DNA of 64,000 bases from an uncultured Candidatus Entotheonella sp. (GTDB taxonomy: Bacteria > Tectomicrobia > Entotheonellia > Entotheonellales > Entotheonellaceae): contig OZ244252.1 of the NCBI GenBank assembly GCA_965217185.1, positions 2,112,001-2,176,000 of the forward strand. Direction: 5' to 3'. The position numbers and the translations under genes are program-made. The notes under the pieces were generated by a model. That model was not told the DNA's origin. It made no database searches and worked only from the letters and a program-made list of their open reading frames with translations. Position 1 is the stretch's first letter. Each line of letters starts with the position of its first letter. This document shows positions 1 through 12,325 of the stretch, in pieces.

Positions 1-6
1 GTGACC

Positions 7-80
7 AAAAATGACCCCCCCGACTAACCCCGTTACCGGGGAGAGCACCCTTGGCACTCTTGTCATCGGGGGGGACCTTT
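7..80 (-). ncRNA. Candidate small structured RNA, copy 1 (three-way junction, GNRA loop, U-tail)
   Basis: Minus strand AAAGGU-CCCCCCCGA...UCGGGGGGG-UCAUUUUU; inner stems AGAGUGCC/GGUGCUCU (loop AAG) and CCCCG/CGGGG (loop GUAA); -10-like TACGCT 7 nt upstream; homologous to 336-407. Confidence 0.5.
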
Positions 81-335
81 AACAGCAAGCGTAGCAGAAC
101 CGGTGTCAAGGGCAAAATTAAAATCTCGCCACGTCGGGCTGAGGGGGTCTTCCTTGGGGCGGTACGGGTTCAAGCCGGAGCGGCTGATTTTCCCGGCGTT
201 CCTAAACGTTGCGAAAGACTGAGAAGCCCCTTGAGGATCACCCGTTACACGCTACGCCGTTTGTCGATCATTTTCGCCCTAAAGTGACTGGCAACGTACG
301 TAGGTGCTGACAGGTGATCGACAAGCAGGACGAGC

Positions 336-407
336 AAAAAGAATGCCCACCGACTACTCGGTTGCCGGAAAGAGCCCCTTGGGCGGTTGTCATCGGGGGG
401 AACCTTT
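336..407 (-). ncRNA. Candidate small structured RNA, copy 2
   Basis: Shares AAAGGU, CCCCCCGAUGACAA, CCAAGGG, GCUCU, CCGGYAAC and UAGUCGG with copy 1; ends AUUCUUUUU; -10-like TACCAT 7 nt upstream. Confidence 0.5.
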
Positions 408-535
408 GGCGGCCATGGTAACGGAACGCGTTCCAAGGCTAAACACGAAGTCGTTGGTCACAGACAGCGAAATTGCGGGTGAAGCCGCGGCGCAGATAGC
501 CGGGGACCGACTCCCGTGGAGACAGAGACAGCAAC

Positions 536-1609
536 ATGAGCAGTGGCTTCAAGCCCAGTTTCACCATTACCCACCCGATTACCGGCGGGTTGACGCGCAT
601 CGAGCGCGCCCGGGGATTCCTGGAGGCGGCCGTGCTGTCGGAACAGTGGGTGCAGGAGATGGGCCGGCGCGCCTTCCTTCTGGAAGCGCACCACACCACG
701 CACATCGAGGGAACGCGCCTGACGCTGGACCAATCCCGGCGGTTGCTGGAGGGCAGCCCGGTGCCGGACGCCGACCCGGAAGACGCGAAGGAGTTGCTCA
801 ACTACCGGCAGGCGTTTGGCCTCGTCTCTGAGTATGTTGCGGGCGGCGGGCCGGTCACGGAGGGGCTGATTCGAGAAATCCACAGACGTCTGGTGGAAGG
901 TGTTCGTGGCGGCGCAGCGGGACCCGGCGAGTACCGGAAGGTGCAAAACTATGTGGTGAACGCTCTTACCGGGGAGACGGTCTACGAGCCGCCGCCGGCT
1001 TACGACGTGCCAATCATGATGGCGGAATTGGTGGACTGGCTGCACCGGGAGCAGGATATCCATCCCGTGTTGGTGAGCGGCATCGCGCAATTCCAACTCG
1101 TGCACATTCATCCGTTCCTGGACGGCAACGGCCGCACCTCCCGTCTCCTTTCCACGTTGTGCCTCTATCAGGCGGGATACGATTTCAAGCGCCTATTCAC
1201 GATCAGTGGATACTATGACCGGAATCGCCCCGCCTTCTACCGGGCGCTTCAAAGCGTGCGCGAAAGCGGCATGGACCTAACCGCCTGGCTGGAGTACTTC
1301 GTAGAAGGGCTGGCCGCTCAACTTGCCGAGGTCAGAGGGCGCGGAGAACGAGCCATCCGACGGGACGTCCTCATTCGAGAACAGGGTCTGTCAAATCGTC
1401 AGGCCAGGGCGCTTGGGCACATTGTCGAAGCTGGCAGTTTGACCATTCAGGAATTCGAGCGCCTTTGTCCCAACGTGAATCGCCGGTCGCTACAGCGAGA
1501 CCTGCGCGCCATGATGGAACAGGGAATCGTGGAAGAGGAAGCAACGAGTCCGACGGACCCAGGCAAGCGATATGTATTCAAGACCGACGGCTTGGCTGGC
1601 GAGCTATGA
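536..1609 (+). CDS. Fic family protein with C-terminal winged HTH
   Basis: Canonical Fic motif [13 protein letters not shown]-terminal [12 protein letters not shown] (DeoR-like HTH). Confidence 0.93.
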   Translation: MSSGFKPSFTITHPITGGLTRIERARGFLEAAVLSEQWVQEMGRRAFLLEAHHTTHIEGTRLTLDQSRRLLEGSPVPDADPEDAKELLNYRQAFGLVSEYVAGGGPVTEGLIREIHRRLVEGVRGGAAGPGEYRKVQNYVVNALTGETVYEPPPAYDVPIMMAELVDWLHREQDIHPVLVSGIAQFQLVHIHPFLDGNGRTSRLLSTLCLYQAGYDFKRLFTISGYYDRNRPAFYRALQSVRESGMDLTAWLEYFVEGLAAQLAEVRGRGERAIRRDVLIREQGLSNRQARALGHIVEAGSLTIQEFERLCPNVNRRSLQRDLRAMMEQGIVEEEATSPTDPGKRYVFKTDGLAGEL

Positions 1610-1707
1610 CATGCTGTGACACGGAGGTGTGACACGACACTGCAGAATCACGGGCATGGCGTTTGGTGCTTCTACTTCCCTCCGGCAATACCCGAAGGAA
1701 GCAGAAA

Positions 1708-2100
1708 TTACCAGAGACGGCGAACGCCGTACCAGTCGAAGCGAGTTTCGTTCGATACGAAAACGAGGTTGTGCGTCAGCGCCTGGGCAATGAGCATGCG
1801 GTCGAAGGGGTCGCGGTGGGGACCGGGCAAAGCACCGGCGCGCGCGGCGTCTGCCACGGTTATCGGCAGTTCCGCGAAACCCTGGTTGGCTATGACTCCG
1901 GTAACGTCGGCGGCGATCAACTCGCAGCCCGGCAATTTGCCAAGCCGATGCTTGGTGGTGATCTCCCACGCCGTTGCTGCGCTGACCTGTTTCTCATTCA
2001 GTGGGTCGAAAATGGCGTGGCGCACCGCCTCTGACAGGCGGTTGCTGTCGGTAAGCCACCATATCAGGGCGTGGGTGTCGAGCAGAATTCGCAATCGCAA
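1708..2100 (-). CDS. vapC: VapC/PIN-domain toxin
   Basis: ILLDTHALIW, WEI and HRDPFDRMLIAQA PIN motifs; TTG start at 2100 or 2094. Confidence 0.92.
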   Translation of the reverse strand: MRLRILLDTHALIWWLTDSNRLSEAVRHAIFDPLNEKQVSAATAWEITTKHRLGKLPGCELIAADVTGVIANQGFAELPITVADAARAGALPGPHRDPFDRMLIAQALTHNLVFVSNETRFDWYGVRRLW

Positions 2101-2330
2101 TCACCTTCCCATGCGTTCAACTCTTCCTCCGGCAGTGGGTCAAAGAACGTGTCTGGAAGGATGACCTTGCCCTTGAAGACATCGGGCTGGGGCTTGCCCC
2201 GCTTCTCAACCGGCGCCAGCTTCGCCACCGGCGTGCCGTTGCGGGCGATGATGACCTCCTCGCCAGCCTCGACGCGCTTCAACAGCCGGGACAGGCTGGT
2301 CTTCGCCACGTGCACGTTTACGGTTTCCAT
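2064..2330 (-). CDS. Phd/YefM family antitoxin
   Basis: METVNVHVAKTSLSRLL..VEAGEEVIIARNGTPVAKL; directly upstream of the PIN toxin. Confidence 0.9.
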   Translation of the reverse strand: METVNVHVAKTSLSRLLKRVEAGEEVIIARNGTPVAKLAPVEKRGKPQPDVFKGKVILPDTFFDPLPEEELNAWEGDCDCEFCSTPTP

Positions 2331-2399
2331 GGACGGCTCCTTGAAGTCGGGTAGCTTAGTCAACATTATGGCTAATCCTTACCGCTGTCAAACAGAGGT

Positions 2400-5343
<2,944 letters not shown>

Positions 5344-5357
<14 letters not shown>

Positions 5358-5733
5358 CGAACGCCGCAAGGCCATCGGCGAGCGTGTGGAATTCTGGGCG
5401 CGGCGTCTGAACGTGCGGCCGCGCTTGGTTCGCGTTCGGCGCATGACCCGCAAGTGGGGCTCCTGCTCGACGTCGGGCGTTCTGACCTTCGCCGCTGATC
5501 TGGCCGACCACGAGCCCGGTTTTCAGGACTTCATTATCGCGCACGAATTGCTGCACCTGCGGGTGCCCAACCACGGCCGGCTGTTCAAGGCGCTGATGAC
5601 GGCTTACGTGCCAGATTGGAAGCGGTACGACGTTGCCAGGCGTCAGCTGTCCGGGGGTAAGCACGTAGGAGAACGGTCACGTGTTCGGGAAGTATCAAGG
5701 CTGTCGGACTTGCACGGCTCCGCCGGGGGCTGA
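5344..5733 (+). CDS. M48/YgjP (DUF45) metallopeptidase, short form
   Basis: KWGSCS and HELLH..PNHG motifs; usual position after hsdR; overlaps the hsdR stop. Confidence 0.88.
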
Positions 5734-5977
5734 TTCGGTGGCGCCCGACGCTTTGTAGAAGGATTCCGCGACGAACGGTGTTGACGGACATCAGTGAGTT
5801 GCCGCAGGGTCGCGTCGTGGTGAGCACGCATGGCCGCGATTCTCGTTGTTCGATGCGCTGTCCGAACGGGTGGTCGTGTACGGCTAGCGCGGGATGCGGT
5901 AGTAACCGTCGTCCTTCTTCTTGGTCGCCTTCGCCACCTTGGTAGGTATCAATTTGAAAGGAATTAGGAATTCACCC

Positions 5978-6682
5978 TTATTCGTCCGATGTGAAAGCCA
6001 TGACCGCCTGCAGCATGTACCAGAACAGCAGCGCCACCGAGGCGAACAGCGCCAGCGACGCCGCCACGTGCTGATCCGTGTGATAGTGGTGCATGACGTT
6101 CGAGGTGTTGTAGAGAATCGCGCCGCCCGCGAACAGAATCATCAGGCCGACGAAAAACAGCCCCAGGCTGAAGCCGAACAGGATGCTCGCCACGATCACC
6201 CCGAGGGCAACGAAGCCGCCGACCTTGAGCAGGCCGCCGAGAAAGGAGAAATCGTGCCCGGTCGTGAAGGCCACCAGCGTCAGGCCGCCGAACAGCAGCG
6301 CAGTGACGATACCGGCGGTCGGGATGACGTCCGGCGAGCTGAAGTAAGCCGCGATGTAGAGCAAGGGCAGAAAGATCACCGCCTCCGCCGCCACGTAAAG
6401 CCCCAACCCCATGTATTGCATCTGCGGCGAGGCGTCGGACCGTGCCCATTTCTCGGCCAGCCAGGACACCCCCATGAACGCAGCCAGGACGATCAACCAC
6501 GAAAAGCCGCCGAGCATGGCGCCGACGAGCGCCTCCGCCCCGGACCACTGCAGCAGCAGCGCTTCCACCACAATGAAGGCCAGCACCGCGCCCGCCAGGT
6601 GATTGTAGGTGCGCCGGATGAACGTGGTGCGCAGGCTGGCGTCGGCGTAAACCGCCGGCTGTGCATAGCTTCGAGCGTACAT
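5978..6682 (-). CDS. Bax inhibitor-1/YccA family membrane protein
   Basis: FIRRTYNHLA start, about 7 hydrophobic segments, DFSFLG, ILYNTS. Confidence 0.88.
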   Translation of the reverse strand: MYARSYAQPAVYADASLRTTFIRRTYNHLAGAVLAFIVVEALLLQWSGAEALVGAMLGGFSWLIVLAAFMGVSWLAEKWARSDASPQMQYMGLGLYVAAEAVIFLPLLYIAAYFSSPDVIPTAGIVTALLFGGLTLVAFTTGHDFSFLGGLLKVGGFVALGVIVASILFGFSLGLFFVGLMILFAGGAILYNTSNVMHHYHTDQHVAASLALFASVALLFWYMLQAVMAFTSDE

Positions 6683-6720
6683 TGTGAATTTCCTTCCGAA
6701 TTGAAATGACCGGCTTATGC

Positions 6721-6836
6721 TCCCTCTCCCTAGCCCTCCCCCGCGGAGGGGGGAGGGGACGCTGCCAACTCTTTACTCGCGAAGGCGCGGGTTTGTGCTC
6801 CCTCTCCCCTGGCGGGAGAGGGTTGGGGTGAGGGGG
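6721..6836. repeat. Pair of REP-like CCCTCTCCC...GGGAGAGGG palindromes
   Basis: Hairpins at 6721-6759 and 6800-6836; same family at 8805-8839 and 15731-15767. Confidence 0.75.
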
Positions 6837-6891
6837 AAGTCGGACACCATCGCAAATCCAGGTTGCTGAATAACAACGTCTCAAGGCGAAA

Positions 6892-7788
6892 TTATACTCC
6901 GGGGTGCAACAAGCGGCGCAAGGCGCGCAGGCTGCGGCCGATGCGTGGGCCGTACCAACTGACGATCTTGCCGTCGATGAGATGAACCCGCCCGTCGCGC
7001 ACTGCCGGTACGTCGGCGAACGGGGCGAAATCGGGCAGGTCGGCGTCGCTGAACGGATAGGGTTCGTCAGGTAGCAGAACGACCTCGGGGCGGTAGGCGG
7101 CCATTTCGTCCAGGCTGACGCGCGGATAGCGGCGGTCGCGCGCCTCGTGGCGCTGCCCCTCGGCTTCCGGCTGGCGACCGAGGTCGGCGGCGAGCGGGAA
7201 ACGGCGCTGGCGGTCGGCAAAGACGTTGTCGCCGCCGCAGGCCGCCAGCATGGCGTGGATGTAGGTGTCGTGGTTGATGGTCATGTACGGGTCCTTCCAG
7301 ATCGGACAGAACACCCGCACAGGCGGTCGTGTGGCGGCGACGGCCTCGGTGTCGGCAAACTCGTGTTCGATGGCTTCGATGCGTCCGGCAACCTCCGAGC
7401 GGCAACCGAGCAGCTCGGCGACGCGCCACAGCAGGTCGATGCCGTCGCGCACGGTGCGCGGCTCGAAGACGTACACCGGCACCCCGGCGGCAGCCAACTG
7501 GTCGACGTCGACGCGGCGGTTCTCCTCGGCCACCGCCAGCACCAGGTCTGGCTGCAGGTCGATGATGGCCGCCACGTCCGGATTCTTGGTGCCGCCGATG
7601 GTCGTTTTGCCGACGACCTCGGCGGCGGGCTCCGTGCAGTAATCGGTCAGCGCCGCGACCTGCTCGCCGCGGCCGAAATCGAACAGAATTTCGGTGAGGC
7701 TGGGCACCAGCGACACGAGGCGGCGCGGGTCGTCCGGCACCCGCACGGCACGCCCGAAGGTATCCACGTAGTCGGGCACCGACGTCAC
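6892..7788 (-). CDS. Helical-backbone metal/cobalamin-binding protein (BtuF-like)
   Basis: RRLVSLVPSLTE, IGGTKNPD, EENR, PDEPYPF and SWYGPR motifs. Confidence 0.85.
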   Translation of the reverse strand: MTSVPDYVDTFGRAVRVPDDPRRLVSLVPSLTEILFDFGRGEQVAALTDYCTEPAAEVVGKTTIGGTKNPDVAAIIDLQPDLVLAVAEENRRVDVDQLAAAGVPVYVFEPRTVRDGIDLLWRVAELLGCRSEVAGRIEAIEHEFADTEAVAATRPPVRVFCPIWKDPYMTINHDTYIHAMLAACGGDNVFADRQRRFPLAADLGRQPEAEGQRHEARDRRYPRVSLDEMAAYRPEVVLLPDEPYPFSDADLPDFAPFADVPAVRDGRVHLIDGKIVSWYGPRIGRSLRALRRLLHPGV

Positions 7789-8738
7789 TCCGCGTCCGGG
7801 TGCGTCGAGATGAACCGCGCGGCGCGGTCGGCATCGACTTCCGGCGCGCGCACTTCCACCCCGGCGGCCTCCTCCTGCAGCAGGAAGGTGATACTACTGT
7901 CCATATCCCCCCAGCCGCGGTTGAGGCCCTCGATGACCGTCTGCTCGGCGAGATTGGCCACCGGCATCGGCACGTCGAACTCGCGGCCCAACTCGGTGGC
8001 CAGCGAGATGTCCTTGCGCGCCAGGGACAGCAGAAAGCTGGGCGGCTCGAAGGTGCCGTGGAACACCGTGCGCGGAATGCCCTCGTGCAGGCCGCTCATG
8101 CGGCCCAGGGCGCCGCGCCGCACGCACTGCCACAGCGCCTCGGCCTCGACGCCGGCCTTCACCCCCAGGGTCAGGCCCTCGGCGATGGCCTGCCGCACGC
8201 CGTGGCCGATCATGTTGTGCACCAGCTTGCAAACGCTGCCGGCACCGATGCTGCCGGCGTAGAACACCTTGTCGCCAAAGGCGTCCAGCAGCGGCTTGAT
8301 GCGCTCGAAAATTTCCCGCTCGCCGCCGACCATCACCGCCAGGTTGCGCGACGCCGCGCCGCTCTTGCCGCCGCTCACCGGGGCGTCCAGCACGTGCGCC
8401 CCTTTGGCGCGAAACTGCGGCTCGATTTGGCGGATGAGCGTCGGCCGGCTGGTGGACAGGTCCACGTAAATGCTGCCCTCGCGGATGCCCTCCAGCACGC
8501 CGCCGGCGCCGAGCGCCACCGCTTCCACCTCGCGGGGGCCGGGCAGCGACGTGAAAACCACGTCGCACAAGCGTGCCACCTCGGCAGCCGAGCCCGCCTG
8601 CTGCGCCCCGGCAGCCACGAACGGCTGCGCGGCGGCCTGACGAACGTCGTGCACCACCAGCGGATAGTCGGCCTTCTGGATGTTCGCCGCCATGCCCATG
8701 CCCATGTTGCCCAGTCCGATGAATCCTACGGTTTCCAT
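7785..8738 (-). CDS. NAD(P)-dependent 3-hydroxyisobutyrate/2-hydroxy-3-oxopropionate dehydrogenase family
   Basis: GFIGLGNMG, DAPVSGG, KLVHN, KD; RBS AAGGAG before ATG at 8738. Confidence 0.9.
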   Translation of the reverse strand: METVGFIGLGNMGMGMAANIQKADYPLVVHDVRQAAAQPFVAAGAQQAGSAAEVARLCDVVFTSLPGPREVEAVALGAGGVLEGIREGSIYVDLSTSRPTLIRQIEPQFRAKGAHVLDAPVSGGKSGAASRNLAVMVGGEREIFERIKPLLDAFGDKVFYAGSIGAGSVCKLVHNMIGHGVRQAIAEGLTLGVKAGVEAEALWQCVRRGALGRMSGLHEGIPRTVFHGTFEPPSFLLSLARKDISLATELGREFDVPMPVANLAEQTVIEGLNRGWGDMDSSITFLLQEEAAGVEVRAPEVDADRAARFISTHPDAE

Positions 8739-8804
8739 ACGTCTCTCCTTGGGGTTTTCAGGTGCCGATTTTTCGGGTTGAACCAGGATGATATCAGTTG
8801 TCTT

Positions 8805-8839
8805 CCTCTCCCCTCGTGGAAGAGGGTTGGGGTGAGGGG
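8805..8839. repeat. REP-like palindrome (CCCTCACCCCAACCCTCTCCC family)
   Basis: Near-identical to 6800-6836. Confidence 0.75.
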
Positions 8840-8897
8840 ATTTCAGGATCCCACGCCGTCTTGCTCTCAAAGTGCTCTGAGGGGCGATTTTAACCCC

Positions 8898-11800
8898 TCA
8901 GCCCGGTGAATGCTGGACGTCAGGCGCTTTCCGCAAGTCGGAGTCACTGTTCGGCCGCCACAGCACGGACAGAGACGTGGCCAGCGTCGGCACAACGATG
9001 AGATTCAGGAACGTCGAGCTGGCCAGGCCACCCAGAATTACCCAGGCAAGGGGGCGCTCCAGTTCCTTGCCGATGGGGCTGCCGACGACCAGCGGGAACA
9101 GCCCGAGCGCCGTGGACGCCGCGGTCATCAGAACCGGGCTCAGGCGGTCCAGGGCGCCTTGCAGAACCGCCTCGTGCACCGGTCGGCCTTCCTCGCGTAT
9201 GAGGTACTGGCAGTGCGTGATGAGGATGATGCCGTTGCGCGTGGCGATGCCGAACACCGCCACGAAGCCGATGAGCGAGGAAATGCTCAGCACGCCGTCG
9301 GTCCAGTAGACCGCCAGCACGCCGCCGATCAGCGCCAGCGGCAGGTTGACCATGACCAGCAGCGCCGCCTTGGCCGAGCCCAGCGCCTGGTACAGCAGCA
9401 TGAAGATAATGAACACCGACGCGAGCCCCAGCAGCATGATGATCCGCTGGCTGCGCTGCTGGCTCTCGAACTGGCCGCCGTATTGCACGAAATAGCCCGT
9501 CGGCAGTGTCACCTCGGCGCTGACCCGCGCCCGTATGTCGTCCACGACGCTGCCGAGGTCGCGCCCCTCGACGTTGCTGCGCGCCACGATGCGGCGCATG
9601 ACGTCCTCGCGGTTGATGATGTACGGACGCGCTTCGAGGAACACGTCGGCGACCTGTCGCAACGGCACGCGGCCGCCGGCGGGCGTGTCCAGCAGCACGT
9701 CCCGCAGCGTCTCCAGGTCGGGTGACTCGGCGGAGGCGAAGCGCACCACCAGATCGAACGATTTCTGGCCTTCGACGACCTGGGAAACCACGTAGCCGTT
9801 GCCGAATACTTCGACGACGCGCAGCACGTCCTCGGCCCGCAGCCCGTAGCCGGCGGCTTTTACGCGATCCACCTTGACGGCCACCATGGGTACGTTGACG
9901 AGCGGCTCCAGCTCGAGGTCGGTGACGCCCTCGACACGCCGCATGATGGCCCGCACCTCCTGCCCCTTTTCCCACAGGATGCCGAGGTCAGGGCCGAAAA
10001 TCTTCACGGCGATCTGGGCGGTGACGCCGGACAGCGCCTCGTCCATGCGGTGGGCAATGAACTGCCCAACGTTGATGGCCACGCCGGGCAGCATGCCCAG
10101 GTCGGTGCGGATGGCCTGGATCAGCGCATCGGGGTCGCGCTCGGCAAAGTGCAGGGTGATGTCGAATTCGCTGAAATTGACCGGCGACACCTCCTCGCCG
10201 ACTTCGCCCATGCCCACCCGCTGCACCACCGACACCACCTCGGGGTAGGTCAGCAGCCGCTCCTGCACCTGCCGCCCGAGGCGCATGGATTCCTCCAGCG
10301 AGGTGCCGGGCAGGGCCGTCATGGCGACGATGAAATTGCCCTCGTGGAAGCGCGGCAGGAATTCCCGCCCCAGCGAGGGGATCAGCGCCATCGTCGCGCA
10401 CAGCATGGCGGCGGCGCACCCGACCACCCACCACGGATGCCGCAGTGCCGGTCGCAGCACCCGCCGGTAGACGCTCTTCAGCCCGACGCTGGTGGCGCTC
10501 TCCTTTTCCAGCAGCCGCCCGCCGGTCAGGAACAGCGAGCACAGCACCGGCGTTTGCGTGAAGGCGACCAGCAGCGAGGCGAAGATGGCGATGCAGTAGG
10601 ACAGCCCCAGCGGCGTGAAAATGCGCCCCTCGGGGCCGGACAGGAAGAATACCGGCAGGAAGACAACCATGGTGATGAGGGTGGCGTAGACGATGGAGGC
10701 GCGGATTTCCATCGAGGCGCGGTAAATCACCCGCAGGTTGGAGTCGGGCACGGCGCGCTGGCGGTTTTCGCGCAACCGCCGGAAGATGTTTTCCACGTCG
10801 ATGATGGCATCGTCGACCACGCCGCCGAGGGCCACCGACATGCCGCCGAGGGTCATGGCGTTGATCCCGACGTCGAGGGCCCTGAGCACGATTACCGCCA
10901 GCAGCAGCGAGACCGGCATGGCCAGGAAGCTGATGAACGAAGGCCGGAAGCTGAGGAAGAAGATGAACAGGACGGCGGTGACGATGGCGGCGCCCTGCAG
11001 CAGCGCTGCTCTCAGGTTCTCAATCGTGGCCTCGATGAACGTCGCCTGGCGGAACAGCGCCTTGTGCAGCTTGACGCCTTCGGGCAGCGTCTGCTCGATC
11101 TCGTCGAGCGCCGCTTCCACCTCATAGGTGGTTGTCAGGGTGTCGGCGCCGAAGGCCTTGGTGGCGGCGCCGAGGACCAGCGGGATGCCGCCGTTCAGGC
11201 TGGCGTCACCGCGCTTCGGCGCCGCGCCCAGTTGCACTTCTGCCACTTGGGCAATGGTGATCGGGTTGCCGCCGCGCATCGTGATGACGGAGCTTCGCAG
11301 GTCTTCCAGCGAGGTGATGCGCCCGCGCCCGGTGACGATGTATTCCTGGTCCGAAGTTTTCAGCACCCCGCCCGGCAGGTTCAGGTTGGCCGCCTCGACG
11401 GCCTCGATGACCTCTTGCAGGGTGAGGTTGTACGCCTTGAGCCGGCGGGGCGAGACGACCACCTGGTACTGCTTGATGCCGCCGCCGACGCAGACCACCG
11501 AGGCGACGCCCGACACGGCCAGCAGGCGGTTGCGGATGTCCCACTCGCAGATAGTCCGCAGGTCGAGCTCGGAGACTGCGCCATCGTCGACTTCGTAGGT
11601 GAGGCCGTACTCCAGCAGGCGGCCCATGACCGACGCCACCGGCAGCATGACGGGCGCCTCGACGCCCGCCGGCAACTGCTGCTCGGCTTGCCGCAGCCGC
11701 TCGGCAACCTTCTGGCGCGCGACGGTAAGATCGGTGCCCCACTCGAACACCGCGACGATGGTGGAGAGGCCGACGATGGCCGACGAGCGCACGCTGACCA

Positions 11801-12035
11801 CATCGGGCGTGCCGTTCAGGGCGGCCTCGATGGGCAGGGCGAGCAGCGTTTCCACCTCTTCCGGCGAGAAACCCGGCGCCTCGGTCAGGATGACCACCTG
11901 CGGCGGCGCAAAGTCGGGGAACACGTCGAGGTGGATGTCGCGCGCCGCCATGATGCCGGCAACGGCGGTGGCGATGACGCCAACCACCACCACCAGTCGG
12001 TTCTCCAGGGACCACTGAATGAGTTTGCTGAACAT
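8898..12035 (-). CDS. CusA/CzcA family heavy-metal RND permease
   Basis: 1045 aa; DVFPD, VDDAIIDVENI, RLSPVLMTA motifs. Confidence 0.93.
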   Translation of the reverse strand: MFSKLIQWSLENRLVVVVGVIATAVAGIMAARDIHLDVFPDFAPPQVVILTEAPGFSPEEVETLLALPIEAALNGTPDVVSVRSSAIVGLSTIVAVFEWGTDLTVARQKVAERLRQAEQQLPAGVEAPVMLPVASVMGRLLEYGLTYEVDDGAVSELDLRTICEWDIRNRLLAVSGVASVVCVGGGIKQYQVVVSPRRLKAYNLTLQEVIEAVEAANLNLPGGVLKTSDQEYIVTGRGRITSLEDLRSSVITMRGGNPITIAQVAEVQLGAAPKRGDASLNGGIPLVLGAATKAFGADTLTTTYEVEAALDEIEQTLPEGVKLHKALFRQATFIEATIENLRAALLQGAAIVTAVLFIFFLSFRPSFISFLAMPVSLLLAVIVLRALDVGINAMTLGGMSVALGGVVDDAIIDVENIFRRLRENRQRAVPDSNLRVIYRASMEIRASIVYATLITMVVFLPVFFLSGPEGRIFTPLGLSYCIAIFASLLVAFTQTPVLCSLFLTGGRLLEKESATSVGLKSVYRRVLRPALRHPWWVVGCAAAMLCATMALIPSLGREFLPRFHEGNFIVAMTALPGTSLEESMRLGRQVQERLLTYPEVVSVVQRVGMGEVGEEVSPVNFSEFDITLHFAERDPDALIQAIRTDLGMLPGVAINVGQFIAHRMDEALSGVTAQIAVKIFGPDLGILWEKGQEVRAIMRRVEGVTDLELEPLVNVPMVAVKVDRVKAAGYGLRAEDVLRVVEVFGNGYVVSQVVEGQKSFDLVVRFASAESPDLETLRDVLLDTPAGGRVPLRQVADVFLEARPYIINREDVMRRIVARSNVEGRDLGSVVDDIRARVSAEVTLPTGYFVQYGGQFESQQRSQRIIMLLGLASVFIIFMLLYQALGSAKAALLVMVNLPLALIGGVLAVYWTDGVLSISSLIGFVAVFGIATRNGIILITHCQYLIREEGRPVHEAVLQGALDRLSPVLMTAASTALGLFPLVVGSPIGKELERPLAWVILGGLASSTFLNLIVVPTLATSLSVLWRPNSDSDLRKAPDVQHSPG

Positions 12036-12081
12036 GGGAAACCCGGTGGTTAGTGTTTAGTGGCCAGTGGCCAGCAAAGCT

Positions 12082-12171
12082 GTAGGTCGGATTAGCGAAG
12101 CGTAATCCGACATTCCACCGCACCCCGAAGACTACGGCTGTCGGGTTACGCCTACGGCTAACCCGACCTAC
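12082..12171. repeat. GTAG-type REP doublet (REPIN-like)
   Basis: GTAGGTCGGATTAGCGAAGCGTAATCCGACA (12082-12112) and an inverted copy at 12139-12171. Confidence 0.85.
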
Positions 12172-12265
12172 TTGAAGCCACCCGTTCACACATGGTTCAA
12201 TCCGATACGGAAATGCTCTGGTGGCCAGAGGCCGGCAAAACCCACTGGTCTGGGTTCAGGCGTCC

Positions 12266-12322
12266 GTGGCCAGTGAAAACCCGGGTTTTCACTGGCCACT
12301 AACCACCAGCCACTGACCACTG
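12266..12322. repeat. 34-bp perfect palindrome plus heptamer (CCACTRR-like) repeats
   Basis: GTGGCCAGTGAAAACCC/GGGTTTTCACTGGCCAC followed by heptamer-like repeats; relatives at 12045-12074, 16660-16723 and 28013-28101. Confidence 0.7.
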
Positions 12323-12325
12323 CCG

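Noticed and set aside
7..407. yybP-ykoY or another known riboswitch, tRNA, or CRISPR repeats
   Set aside because: Lacks the AAAGGGGAGUAG 5' strand and other riboswitch cores; no tRNA T-loop or cloverleaf; only two degenerate copies 330 bp apart
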